Source: an uncultured delta proteobacterium (GTDB lineage Bacteria > Desulfobacterota > WTBG01 > CAIYCZ01 > CAIRTM01). Taken from it: DNA of 64,000 nucleotides. Position numbers and translations under genes: made by a program. Where the stretch lies: NCBI GenBank assembly GCA_963804955.1, contig CAWDSQ010000025.1, positions 11,291 to 75,290 on the forward strand, in the 5' to 3' direction. Position 1 is the stretch's first letter. Each line of letters begins with the position of its first letter. The notes under the pieces are model-generated. The model saw only the letters and a list, made by a program, of their open reading frames with translations. It had not been told where the DNA came from and did no database searches. This document shows, piece by piece, positions 1 to 10,091 of this stretch.

Positions 1-464
1 CTCTTGCCGTCAAGCCATGACTGCCCCAGCTCATGATCTTCAGTGTTCGGAGTGCTATGGCACGGATGGCATGCCTGGGGTTCCAGTCCGTAGGATGTGT
101 ACACCTGATGACAGGCATCGCAAACCGAACCTGAAGCCGCCTGGGTAGAATGGTCGGCAGCCCCATGCACCCATGAACCACCCTGTGGCACTCTCGCTCC
201 GACCGGGCCGAAATGACAGGTGCTGCACCCGGGCACATCTACGCGGCCTGTCTTCCGCCCTTCTAATTTCCGGCCATGGCATACAGAGCAGAGCGGTCTG
301 CTCGAGTTAAGAAACACAGAGCCGTGGAATGTGTCTGCATTTTTAAATTCAGGATTGAGCCACTCTTCACTGGTGTGCGTCTTTGGCTTACAGCCTCCAA
401 AGACAATGCAAGCCAGTGTAACAGCAAACAGGGCATATCCAATTCTCCTGTTACTGTTTCCCAT
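1..464 (-). CDS. Multihaem c-type cytochrome, probable lipoprotein (partial; C-terminus lies beyond the window edge)
   Basis: The frame is open from position 1 up to ATG 464, with GAGG 7 nt upstream; an alternative in-frame ATG is at 476. Hand translation gives MGNSNRRIGYALFAVTLACIVFGGCKPK... This shows a signal peptide with a lipobox-like FGGC and four CxxCH motifs (CSVCH, CSTCH, CDACH, CHPCH). It is missing from the ORF track because there is no stop inside the window. Confidence 0.8.
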   Translation of the reverse strand, partial: MGNSNRRIGYALFAVTLACIVFGGCKPKTHTSEEWLNPEFKNADTFHGSVFLNSSRPLCSVCHGRKLEGRKTGRVDVPGCSTCHFGPVGARVPQGGSWVHGAADHSTQAASGSVCDACHQVYTSYGLEPQACHPCHSTPNTEDHELGQSWLDGK

Positions 465-512
465 AAAGGACCTCATAATGTTTTTTATGAAAAAGGGTAA
501 AGATATTTTTTG

Positions 513-541
513 ATTATACCATGCGCTGTTACATTATTCAA
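513..541 (-). promoter_or_regulatory. Sigma70-type promoter candidate for the cytochrome gene
   Basis: The minus strand reads TTGAAT (536-541), a 17-nt spacer, then TGgTATAAT with an extended -10 (TATAAT at 513-518). It sits about 40 nt upstream of the start codon in an AT-rich spacer. Confidence 0.45.
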
Positions 542-897
542 TAATTGAACTTTTTTATTTCTTGAAAAACTTCTTCTCTAAAAATGTTTAGGGGTTTAAA
601 GCCTTGCTGCAACTACAAGATTCTTATTTGCGCTCAGCATGCCCCCTAAAAATAAATATTATATATTTTTATTTTATTTTGATATAAATTTTATTATAAG
701 ACTAGTGCTCAGTGTTCATAAAATGAATTAATTACGCATGCTGGTTTTTTAAATCAGGGGGTCCCTGCGCATATGCAGCAGTTTAAGTTAATAAACCACT
801 CCGCCGCAAGAGACTGTGTTGCAATTGATTTATTAATGTCATTTCGAATCCGCCGCAGGCGGTGATAAATCTTAAGCCTTTGATTTTACTTACTACA

Positions 898-925
898 AAG
901 ATCTCTCCCTTCGGTCGAGATGACA
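898..925. repeat. Hairpin repeat unit 'aaagatctctcccttcggtcgagatgac'
   Basis: An exact 28-nt inverted copy occurs at 52808-52835. It is internally palindromic (gatctctccc ttcg gtcgagatg, imperfect). Confidence 0.8.
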
Positions 926-1295
926 GCAAAGTTAATTGCGACACAGTCTCCAAGCAGCGGGGTATTGAACTTTTTCATCATGCCGGACTTGGTCCGGCAT
1001 CCAGTCTGCTTTTTCCCTGGATAACTGGATGCGCGGCAAGCCGTGGGCCTTGACCTCAAAGTGAATAAACAAGCCCGAAGCATATGACCAGGCCTTGTCT
1101 CATGCGTGCAGCAGCTGCTTCGCGCAGCAAAACAGCAGCAATAAAAATATCAGTTTTTACCGGGCGCCTGCACGGAGCGGGTGCAGTACGCCATGACAGA
1201 GCGCACCCACCGATTATGTTTCAATACTAGTTATAGGGGTTTCTCACACGATGATTATTGCAGGCGCGCGCTGGGAAGGCAGAGAAATAATAAAA

Positions 1296-3645
1296 TCACT
1301 TTTTTTTATTCTTGAGCACGGGGGATGCTTGGCGCGAATGGGCTTTTAAAACAGTGCGGATTGTTTTTGCGATTTCTTTAAGGGGCATCGGTTTCAGGAC
1401 AAGGGCCTTGATCCCCAGTTCCTTTACCTTTTCTCTGGATATCTTTTCGCTGAAACCGGTGCACATGATAATGGGCATATCAGGCCTGATTTCCAGAATC
1501 TTTTTGGCCAGAGCGTCGCCGGGCATATGCGGCATGGTCATGTCCGTTATAACAAGATCAAAGCTGTCGGGCTCTTTCTGAAAGGCTTTCAGCGCATCAC
1601 GACCGCTCTGCTTTGCCACTACCCTGTACCCCAGGGAACTCAAACTGCTCCTGCCACACATCGGCCAGAATTTTTTCATCATCCACAAGAAGTATCCGCT
1701 CAGTGCCTGTCTGCACAGGCTTTTCTTCAACGGAGCGTTTCACTGCTGCCGCCTCTATCCGCGGCAGCAGCACATGGAAAATGCTCCCCTTGCCGGGTTT
1801 GCTTTCAACAAGTATTTCTCCGCCATGGCTTTTAATAATGCCGTGCACAACCGCAAGCCCCATGCCCGTTCCCCGGCCCGCCTCCTTTGTCGTGAAAAAC
1901 GGCTCAAAAATACGGGGTATGCATTCCGGGGCAATCCCGGCGCCCGTATCGCGCACAGACAATTTCAGATAGGCCCCGTGGCTCAAGTCGGCATAATCCG
2001 TCGCCTTACGCTCGTCAAGAAAAACAGCGTCCAGGGAAATCTCGATCACGCCGCCGGTCTCTGGCATGGCATGCGCCGCATTGGTGCACAGGTTCATCAG
2101 CACCTGGTAAATGTGCGTCGGGGTTGAATTGGCCATGCATGTCTCATCGTTTATGTGCTGCCGTATTTCAATGGTTGAAGGCAGTGTCGCACGGAGCAGC
2201 TTTACCGACTCTTTGATAATGGAGCTTACCTGCACGGGCTCCCGCTTTTCCATGCCTTTGCGGCTGAAGGCAAGGATCTGCTTGACGAGGTCCCTGGCGC
2301 GCATGGTCGATTTCAATATCTTCTCAAGGTATTTTCTTGCGTGATTTGCTTCAGGGACAGCACCCAGAGACAGTTCCGTATACCCCATAATTGCCGCAAG
2401 TATATTGTTGAAATCATGGGCAATGCCGCCGGCAAGGGTCCCCACGGCCTCAAGCTTCTGCGACTGCCGGAGCTGAGCCTCCAGCTGCTGCCTGGCCTCC
2501 ACAGCCTGCCGCAGGGCGCTGACATCGCGGAGAAAAAAAGAGAACAGCAGCCTGCCCTTGACCATCATGGGGGTCATGCTGATCTCCGCCGGAAATTCGG
2601 TGCCGTCTCTGCGCAGGCAGTTTGCCGTAAACTTGAGCGTCTCGAAAAGGTCGGACTTCTCCGTGATGAGCCAGCGAAACCGGCTGTGCAGGATCTCTCT
2701 CTGCGATGCCGGCACGAGGGTATCGTCCAGGAGTTTGCCGAGAACCGCCGAGCGCTGAAACCCGAAGACCGATTCGGCAGCCGTGTTGAATTCCAGGATA
2801 TGCCCCTCGGAATCAACCGATACGATAGCCTCGTTTGAGGCGTCTAAAAGCGTCATCTTGCGGGCCTCGCTGATACGCAGCTCCCGCTCCCAATCGGCTG
2901 TCTCCTGAAGCGCAGTCGTACCCGCAAGGCCGGCCATACCAGAAGGGCTTCCCGGCTGGCTGGCATCGATGAACGCCATGATGCGCTCGCGGGCATCATG
3001 GCGCATGACGATAAACTGAATGCCGCTGCGGCAGACATTGGTCGAAGCCTGCATGCTCCACATGATCTGGCCGACTACATTCAGCTGGCAGTCCTGGCCG
3101 GGCAGCGTGAACCTGATGTCCAGCTTCGACCCAACATCAAGCAGCATGCGGGTTTTGATGAGCATGCCGCTGTAGGAAAGGTTCAGGGCTGTGCCCTGAA
3201 CCTCGGTTTTGTTCTTGGAGAGATTGATAGACCAGAGGGCGAAGGTGACACCGACTCGGGTGTTGAAACGCGGGGTCACGTTGAGCAGTTGATCCAGGCG
3301 GTTGTTCCACAGGTCGGAATGCAGGGGTATGGGCAGGATCAGGTTCGCGCCGGCATTGATGAGCTCCTTTTCGGCATCGGCAGTCAGTGTCCTGCTGACA
3401 ACCACAATCCCCGCTTCCTTCGTGGAGTCATGACGGCGGATGGAATGCATCAGGGGGTAGATGGGCACTTCGTCAGGCCAGTCGATCACGATAAGGTGGG
3501 GTTTAAACAGAGCGATCGGGTCAAGAGCCGTGTGGATGTCAGAAACCCATTCTCGCATGACGTCTTTGCGCCAGAGCACTGTGCCGCGCAAATCCGCTTT
3601 CAGGTCCTGGTCAGATACGATAAGCACTCTATGCTTGTCTATCAT
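1296..3645 (-). CDS. Hybrid sensor histidine kinase: REC - PilZ - PAS - HisKA - HATPase_c - REC (frame break near 1630-1660 as sequenced)
   Basis: ORFs 1597..3765 and 1296..1730 are in different frames. '...ERILLVDDEKILADV' continues as '...LGYRVVAKQSGRDALKAF..DLVITDMTMPHMPG' (receiver). HisKA 'GIAHDFNNILAAIMGYTEL' and ATPase 'RDTGAGI..GTGMGLAVV' are present, as are PilZ motifs RFNTR and NLSYSG. The likely start is MIDKHRVLIV at 3645. Confidence 0.85.
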
Positions 3646-3891
3646 GGCGCCTTTCTCATGCGGCCCCGGCACGTTTTCCGGCGGAGGAACATGATCACCT
3701 GACTGCGGGACACTCAACCGAACTGCCGGGATACGCTTTTTATACATACCCGCTTGTGGATGCAAGCACTATAGAATGCCGGGCCGGTGCGTGTCAAGGC
3801 AATGTTGCGGCAGAGGAAGAAAATGGGAAGTGGAGGCAGACATCGGTCGGCGTACAAAAACACACCAGGGCATGCCCCCTGTATCAGGCAA

Positions 3892-3921
3892 TAAAAAAGG
3901 CGGGTTGTCGCCAACCCGCCT
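3892..3921 (-). terminator. Rho-independent terminator after the Fe-S/flavin operon
   Basis: The minus strand reads ggcgggttg-gcga-caacccgcc followed by TTTTTTATT. It lies immediately downstream of the stop at 3949. Confidence 0.7.
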
Positions 3922-3948
3922 TCGGTGTTTCTGCTGTAAATCCCTGGC

Positions 3949-5298
3949 TTACTGCGACATACTGTCGCTCAGGGTCACGTTCTGCTGCTTACAGATCTTT
4001 GCCCAGACCTCCGGCCGCTGTGCCTGAATCTCGGCGTCATGCTTGTGAATTTCCTTCCACATCATGCGAGGAGAGGCATACTGGCTCCAGTTGCCGTCCA
4101 TCGTGACGCCATCGAGAAACGTAAACAGGTACTCGACCTCTTCGTCCGTGTAGTACGGAATGAGGGCATAGCCGCTCACCACCTGCATCATGCCGTCATC
4201 ATTGAACTCGAAGGACTCGAGCCATTTTTTCTGATACTCGGGAAAACCGGGCTTGCCGTTCAGCTCCTTCTCGAATGGCATCGACAGCCCAGAGAGCGCA
4301 GTTGATGGAGCCCTGCATCTGCGTTTCAACGAAAGCAGCGGCGTCGCCGATCACGAGCGTATTGCCCTGATAGGGCTTCTTCAAGGGAGCCCATGCCTTG
4401 GTCATGCAGGAATGTTTCTGCTCGATCTTGGCATTCTCGAACATCCAGGCAACCGGGCTCTTCTTGGTGAAGTATTCAAACAGCTCCGTGGGCATCTGTT
4501 TGGGATGGCCGATGAGAATCAAGTCAGCCCAGTCAAAGTGGCCGGCAGGGCCGGTGCCCATCAGCGGAGCGAAGTTCGAGCCGTAGCACAGGCCCCAGAA
4601 GCCGCACCAGCTCTCAGGGTTGTAGTCCTTCACGCCGGACATGTACACGCAAAGCGTCAGGGCTGAGGCAAAATACATACGGCCTTCGTTCATCCCGAGG
4701 CTCTGGGCGACCTGCGCTGTTGCGCCGTCTGCGGCAAGCGAGCTTCTTTGCGTACATTTTGAACTTCTTGCCCTGCTTCACGCATTTCAGCGTTACGCCT
4801 TCGGGCATCGTCAATGGCTTCATAGCAGGTGGTTTCAGGTGATATACTCAACGCCAAGAGCGAGCACCTGGTCAAGCAGCTGCTGCAGGAAATAATTCTT
4901 GTCATATTTCCAGGCAAAGGGACGCCGGTCGGGCCAGGCATAGTGGGCATTGTGCGCCAGATTGCGCGAGTAGTAGAACTTTTCGCGTCACCGGGCACAG
5001 AGCGCCCTTGAATTCAATCTCCCAGCCGTTCTTGACTGACCTGAGTTTATTAACGGAATCCTCGTCGATCCAGCCCTTGCTGTTGAGCGGTTTGCCGGGC
5101 TCAACAATCATGGTGTCGCCGTTATAGTTTTCCTCCAGAATGATGTGCTCGCTGCAGTAGCGGGTCATCTTGGAGATGTCTTTGCGCTTTTCGATGAGCA
5201 CAACCTTCAGGCCTTTTTTTGCGGCACAGTATTGCCGCGTACAGTCCGGCGGGGCCTGCGCCGACGATTGCGATATCATAGTTGTATATAGTGGACAT
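3949..5298 (-). pseudogene. FAD-dependent oxidoreductase (GGR/FixC-like), copy A, broken into 6 frame segments as sequenced
   Basis: ATG at 5298 is preceded by AAGGAGGAAG. The N-terminus MSTIYNYDIAIVGAGPAGLYAA is a dinucleotide-binding motif. Fragments 4902..5279, 4690..4998, 4614..4823, 4199..4693 and 3949..4329 are each in a different frame from their neighbour. Joined, they are collinear with the intact paralogue at 43141..44421 (e.g. 'VIGDAAAFVE' vs 'AIGDAAAYVE', 'SGYALIPYYTDEEVEYLF' vs 'QGYALVPAYEDDEIDYLF'). The first break is in a T7 run at 5214-5220. Confidence 0.75.
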
Positions 5299-5313
5299 TG
5301 CTTCCTCCTTCTC

Positions 5314-6253
5314 TTAGCTTAAAGCCCCAACCGGGCAATAGATTTCACAGGTATGGCAGGCCATGCAGTTCTGCGGATACACCTGTGCATGCTTGTCATA
5401 GCCGCCCTTGTCGTCGAGCTCAAGAGCGCCCACCGGACAGTTCTCCATGCAGGAGCCGCAGCCGAGGCACTTGTCGAGGTCGACCTTGATATACTCGCGG
5501 CAGGAGGGGCACACATAAAAGAACTGGGGGAGTGCGATAGAACTCTTTTGAAAGCTTGGTAAGATGCGGCGCAGGTGCAAAAGGATTGCCGCACTTCTTG
5601 CAGGTCGACAGCTCATAGTCGACCTGCCAGTTCAGCAGCTCGCGCTTCGGGCCGGACTGCTTGCAGCCCTCGGGCGTGCATACCTGGGAGCTTTCAAGAT
5701 CGTTCTTTTTGATGATACCCGTTGGGCAGATAAATGCGCAGGAACCGCAGGCGATGCAGTCCTCGGCGCTCTGCTTGAAGGGGCTTGCAACTTCCCGGTC
5801 CTTGCCGCGGCCTGCAAACTGAATTGCGCCGGCCTTCACGACTTCATTGCAGGCCCGCACGCACTGGCCGCACACCACGCAGTAGTCGTTTTCCTTGCCG
5901 AATTCAGCCGGGCTGTCGGCAACGCCATACTCGGCGGCAAGCTCCTTGACCCGCTTCACATTGGGGCAGCGGGCCAGCAGCAGCTCGATCACGAGCTTCC
6001 GGCCTGCGATCACCCGCGGGCTGTCGGTCTTCACCGCCAGGCCCTCGGCAACCGGATACGTGCACGAGGCTTCAACCGTCGTACGGCCGTTATTGTCTAT
6101 CTCGACTATACACAGGCGGCAGGCCCCGTAGGGCGCAAGAGCGTCGTTGGAGCACAGTGTCGGAATCTCGATCCCTGCTGCTCGCGCGGCCTCAAGCACC
6201 GTAGCGCCTTCCGCTGCCTTTACCTTTTTATTGTTTATCGTCAGTGTCACCAT
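5314..6253 (-). CDS. NuoG/HndD-N-terminal-like Fe-S subunit ([2Fe-2S] plus [4Fe-4S] motifs) with a C-terminal 2x[4Fe-4S] ferredoxin domain; one frame break near 5530-5580
   Basis: MVTLTINNKKVKAAEGATVLEAARAAGIEIPTLCSNDALAPYGACRLC is a [2Fe-2S] N-terminus. CVVCGQCVRAC and CIACGSCAFICP are also present. The second frame (5314..5616) supplies CLGCGSCMENCP...CMACHTCEIYCP. Confidence 0.75.
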
Positions 6254-6285
6254 AGGTCTTACCCTCGTCTTAGAATGTTCTTGTC

Positions 6286-7987
6286 TCAGGTTAACTTCTT
6301 CAGCATGCGTTTTTCCACTTCTTTCGGGAAGTGCTTTATCACGCACAGCAGCGGCACCGCTGCGGTCTTGCCAAGGGCGCAGAATGCCGTATCCTTCATG
6401 GCCTCTGCCATGCGCTTGATAAGCGCCAGCTGCTCTTTCGTGCCGCGGCCATCAGCGATGGTGCCGGCGATTTCCTGAAGCCGCTTGACGCCTTCTCTGC
6501 AGGGAGTACACTTGCCGCAGGACTCATCAGCGAAAAAGTCCGTGAAAAATTTCGCCATATCCACAAGGTCGGCATCCTCATCCATCACCAGCAGTCCGCC
6601 GGAGCCCAGAAGCGTGCCTTCCTTTGCAAGAGCATCATAATCAAGCTTGATCTTCAGGTTTTTGGCAGGCAAAAAGCCGCCCGAGGGTCCGCCGGTCTGA
6701 AAAGCCTTTACCTTCTTGCCCGTGCCCGTACCCTTGCCGAAAGTATCGATAACCTCTTCAACAGTCGTGCCCATGGGCACTTCCACCCAGCAGCTCCGGG
6801 CAACATTACCCGTCAGTGCGACAATCTTCGTGCCCTTGCTGTTCGGAGTGCCGATGCCGGCAAACCACTTGCCGCCGTGATTGACGATGGCGGGGATATT
6901 GGCAAGGGTCTCCAGATTGTTGACCACGGTGGGCTTGTTGAAAAGGCCCTTGTAAACAGGTAGAGGAGGCCGCGGCCGGGGTTCGCCGAAGGAGCCTTCC
7001 AAAGCGTTCAAAAGCGCGGTTTCTTCGCCGCACACATAGGCGCCGCCGCCGCGCTTTACCTTCAGGGTAAAGGAGAAGCCCGAGCCCATAATATTCTTGC
7101 CCAGAAGGCCGGCCTTTTCGGCGGCCTTGATGGCGCAATCGACGCGCTCTGCTGCAAGCACGTAGCGATCATTGAGATAGATATAACCGGCGCTGGCCCC
7201 GACAGCAAAGCCTGCAATGATCATGCCTTCGATCACGCTGTTCGGGTCGCTCTCGATGAAGCTTCTGTGCATGCCGATTTCAGGGTCGCCTTCGCTGCCG
7301 TTGCACACAATGTATTTCTGGTCGCCTTCGGCATTGCGGCATGCCTCCCACTTGATGCCTGCGGGAAAGCCTGCGCCGCCGCGGCCGCGCAGCTTGGAAG
7401 CCTTGACTTCCTTGAGCACGTCTTCGGGCTTGCCGGCAAGCGCCTTGGCAAGGGCTGCGTAGCCGCCCGAGGGCGATATACTCTTCAATGCTGCAGGGGT
7501 CGATCGTGCCGGCATTGCGGCTGACGATTTTCATCTGCTTCTTGAAGAAGTCGAGTTTCTTGTAGTCTTTTTTGTCGGCGGATTTTGCGCCCTTGGTATA
7601 CTTGATGGGCTCCTGGCACACGGCCTGCTGATAGTCGTCATATTTCGCGACGACCAGATCCTCAACAAGCTTACCGGTAGAAAGCGACTTGAGGACATCA
7701 GCAACCTTGTCGGCGGTGACATTGCCGTAGGTGATGCGGGGCTTGCCGGGCTTGATCACTTCCACGATGGGCTCGGCAAAGCACATGCCGTTGCAGCCGA
7801 CGAGCACCACTTCGGCCTTCAGCTTCTGCTTTTTGATTTCATACTTGAGGGCTTCGGCAATCTTTGCCGCTCCCTTGGCAAGGCCACAGGTTGCAGCTCC
7901 CACGGTGATGCGGGTCGTGTCGGGAGAGAGCAGCGCCATGCCTTCCTTTTGAACTTTGGTAAGATCTTCTGCTTTCTGTATTTTCAT
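6286..7987 (-). CDS. NuoF/HndC-like NADH-binding flavoprotein subunit with an N-terminal thioredoxin-like domain; one frame break near 7470-7515
   Basis: 'RGRGGAGFPAGIKWEA' is the FMN/NADH site and 'CGKCTPCREG' the [4Fe-4S] site. The N-terminal ORF 7280..7987 reads through to '...SIEEYIALG' and continues as 'GYAALAKAL' in ORF 6286..7515. Confidence 0.85.
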
Positions 7988-8002
7988 GTGTCTCTCTCCT
8001 TC

Positions 8003-8913
8003 TTAGCCTAAAATTTCCGCAAGTTTGGACTGCGCAGCTGCGGCACTGAACACCTCGCCGTTGATCATCACGGCGGGCGACACGTCGCAGCAGCCCAGAC
8101 AGCGCACTTTCTCGAGCGTGGCCTTGGCGCCGTTGCCGGCGAGCTTGGCCTCGATAGCCTTCACGAGCTTGCCGCCGCCCTTGACCTGACAGCAGGTGCC
8201 GTTGCAAACGGTAATGACATTGGCAGCGGGCTTGTCAAGCCGGAATGCGGCATAGGAGGTTGCAAGGCGGTACAGCGTGCTCATGAAACACGTTTTTCTT
8301 CTGGCTGATGACAATCAGGGCCTGGCGGGGAACATAGCCGAACATGTCCTGCACCGCATGCATGATGGTAATCAGTGTTTCCTGGCCGCCGGGATTTTTT
8401 TCAATAATCTCCTCGACCTTGGTGACGTCGATCTCACCCATGGTGGCATATGCCTTGAGAATGGCCGTTTTAAACGGATCAGGCACAATCTCTTTGACGA
8501 TAGAAACGATATGGTCTTCGGCTAATGGCTCCGCCTGCAGCCTTCTGCAGGGCTATCTGCATGAGCTTGCCGCGAAAAACCTCGCGCATCATATCGGGCA
8601 CTTCCTGCAGCATCCGCTCAAACATGAACTCTGCCTTGCCCTGCCAGTTGGCCGCTGCTGCAGGCGCTGCGGGCTGTGCCCCGCCTGCGGGCTTCATGCC
8701 CAGCGCTGCCATAAGAGCGCTGCGCTGCGGCTCGGGAAGGTCTTCGGATACGAACTTTTTCACCAAATCAGCGCTGACGGGCTGGCCTGCCACCTTGCCT
8801 GCAAGCATTTGCTCAAGCTTGGGCCTGATCGCATCGCGCATGGCATCGGGCACGGCCGACATCAGCTTGTCGAACATTTTTTGTCCATCAGGTAACCACT
8901 TTATATCTGACAT
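8003..8913 (-). CDS. Two tandem PCP-reductase-like (BchB C-terminal-like) domains fused to a NuoE-like [2Fe-2S] domain; two frame breaks (~8500 and ~8290)
   Basis: Internal duplication: 'WLPDGQKMFDKLMSAVPDAMRDAIRPKLEQML' vs 'WQGKAEFMFERMLQEVPDMMREVFRGKLMQIA'. Removing one base near 8500 gives '...GGAISEDHIVSIVKEIVPDPFKTAIL', which reads into the NuoE part 'LITIMHAVQDMFGYVP ... VCNGTCCQVKGG ... CLGCCDVSPAVMING'. Confidence 0.65.
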
Positions 8914-8955
8914 TGTCCCTATCTCCTTTCAGGGATTGGTTCTCTGTTTATTAGA

Positions 8956-9642
8956 TCACTTGGGCTGTACGTTCTCGACCAGCTTGCCGTATTCCTTCTC
9001 AACGGTTGCTGCCGCCTGCGCGATCTCCTTGGCCGCAAGCTTTTCAAAACGCTCCTGGGCCGCCAGATACACATCAAGCTTTTTGGGCTGCAGGGTCTTG
9101 ATCGTAAGGTTATAGAAACCGCTGCCCGCTTCATACAGCGGGAATGCCAGTGTCTCCACAGCCTTAAATCCTACCTTTACCGTATCCTCGGACTCGAACT
9201 TCCAGCCAACCGGGCAGGGGCACAGAATATGAATATAGCTTTTGCCCTCGGTCTCCATGGCTTTCTTGACCTTGTCGAACAGATCAAAGGGATAGCTCGG
9301 GCAGGCCGTCGCCACATACTTATAGCCCTGAGCAATAGCTACCGCCGGCATTTTCTTTACAATCGCGTCCTCAAGCTTGCCGCCTGCTTCATTGTCAAAG
9401 CAGATAACAACTTCGGCCTTGTCTTTCTTCACCCGCATGATCGATACGGCTGATTTCTTGCCGAAAATATCACATGCGGCAGGTGCTTCCCAGGCAGCCT
9501 TCTCAATTGCGCCTTCAATGGCCTTGTACACGTGACGCACGGCCAGAGAAATGCCGCAGCCCGGGCATGCATTGTTCTTCTTGATATCGAAGTACTCTTT
9601 GCACGGCAGGAAATTGGGAACCATCAAACTGTATTTGTCCAT
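8956..9642 (-). CDS. PorB-like (2-oxoacid:ferredoxin oxidoreductase beta-like) protein without a recognisable TPP-binding GDG...NN motif
   Basis: Starts MDKYSLMVPNF at 9642, 3 nt after the upstream stop. The PorB-type 'NNACPGCG' and 'ILCPCPVGW' Cys motifs are present. The region where GDG-x(25-30)-N is expected reads 'CDIFGKKSAVSIMRVKKDKAEVVICFDNEAGG'. Confidence 0.65.
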   Translation of the reverse strand: MDKYSLMVPNFLPCKEYFDIKKNNACPGCGISLAVRHVYKAIEGAIEKAAWEAPAACDIFGKKSAVSIMRVKKDKAEVVICFDNEAGGKLEDAIVKKMPAVAIAQGYKYVATACPSYPFDLFDKVKKAMETEGKSYIHILCPCPVGWKFESEDTVKVGFKAVETLAFPLYEAGSGFYNLTIKTLQPKKLDVYLAAQERFEKLAAKEIAQAAATVEKEYGKLVENVQPK

Positions 9643-9644
9643 GC

Positions 9645-9896
9645 TTAGCCCTCCTGTTCCATGCAGATTACGCCGAACCAGCACTCGCGGTGACAGATGC
9701 CGCAGCCCTTGCACTTTTTCTCGTCGGCCTCAAAATACCCATCGGCAGTCCGGTAAACGGCGCCATCGGGACAATACAAATAACAAATGCCGCAGCGGAT
9801 GCATCGATCCTTGTCCCACTGCGGAAGCCCGCGGCGCTTGTCGCCGGGACTGAAGGGACTGGCCGTGCCCTTATCGAGCAGCGAGCAATCAACCAT
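9645..9896 (-). CDS. PorD-like 2x[4Fe-4S] ferredoxin
   Basis: 'WDKDRCIRCGICYLYCPDGA...EADEKKCKGCGICHRECW'. The likely start is MVDCSLL at 9896. Confidence 0.7.
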   Translation of the reverse strand: MVDCSLLDKGTASPFSPGDKRRGLPQWDKDRCIRCGICYLYCPDGAVYRTADGYFEADEKKCKGCGICHRECWFGVICMEQEG

Positions 9897-10091
9897 CTTG
9901 TGTGTGAATTTTGTCGCTTCCAACACCCTTCTCCTTTCGATAAAATACATCTTAATAAAAATTTTTAGACACCCGGACCGCAACACCTGTCTCGCTGGGG
10001 CACAGTCTCCTTTGCAGCCGGCTGCGCATACTACCCTGCTATCGCCGACAGTACCTGTGGAGACACCATGAGACCCGTTGCCAGGGAAGTC

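Noticed and set aside
835-870. tRNA T-loop-like 'tcatttcgaatccgccgcaggcgg'.
   Set aside because: The flanks cannot form a T-stem or acceptor stem, and no cloverleaf can be built. It looks like a simple GC hairpin (ccgccgcaggcgg) near repeat units.
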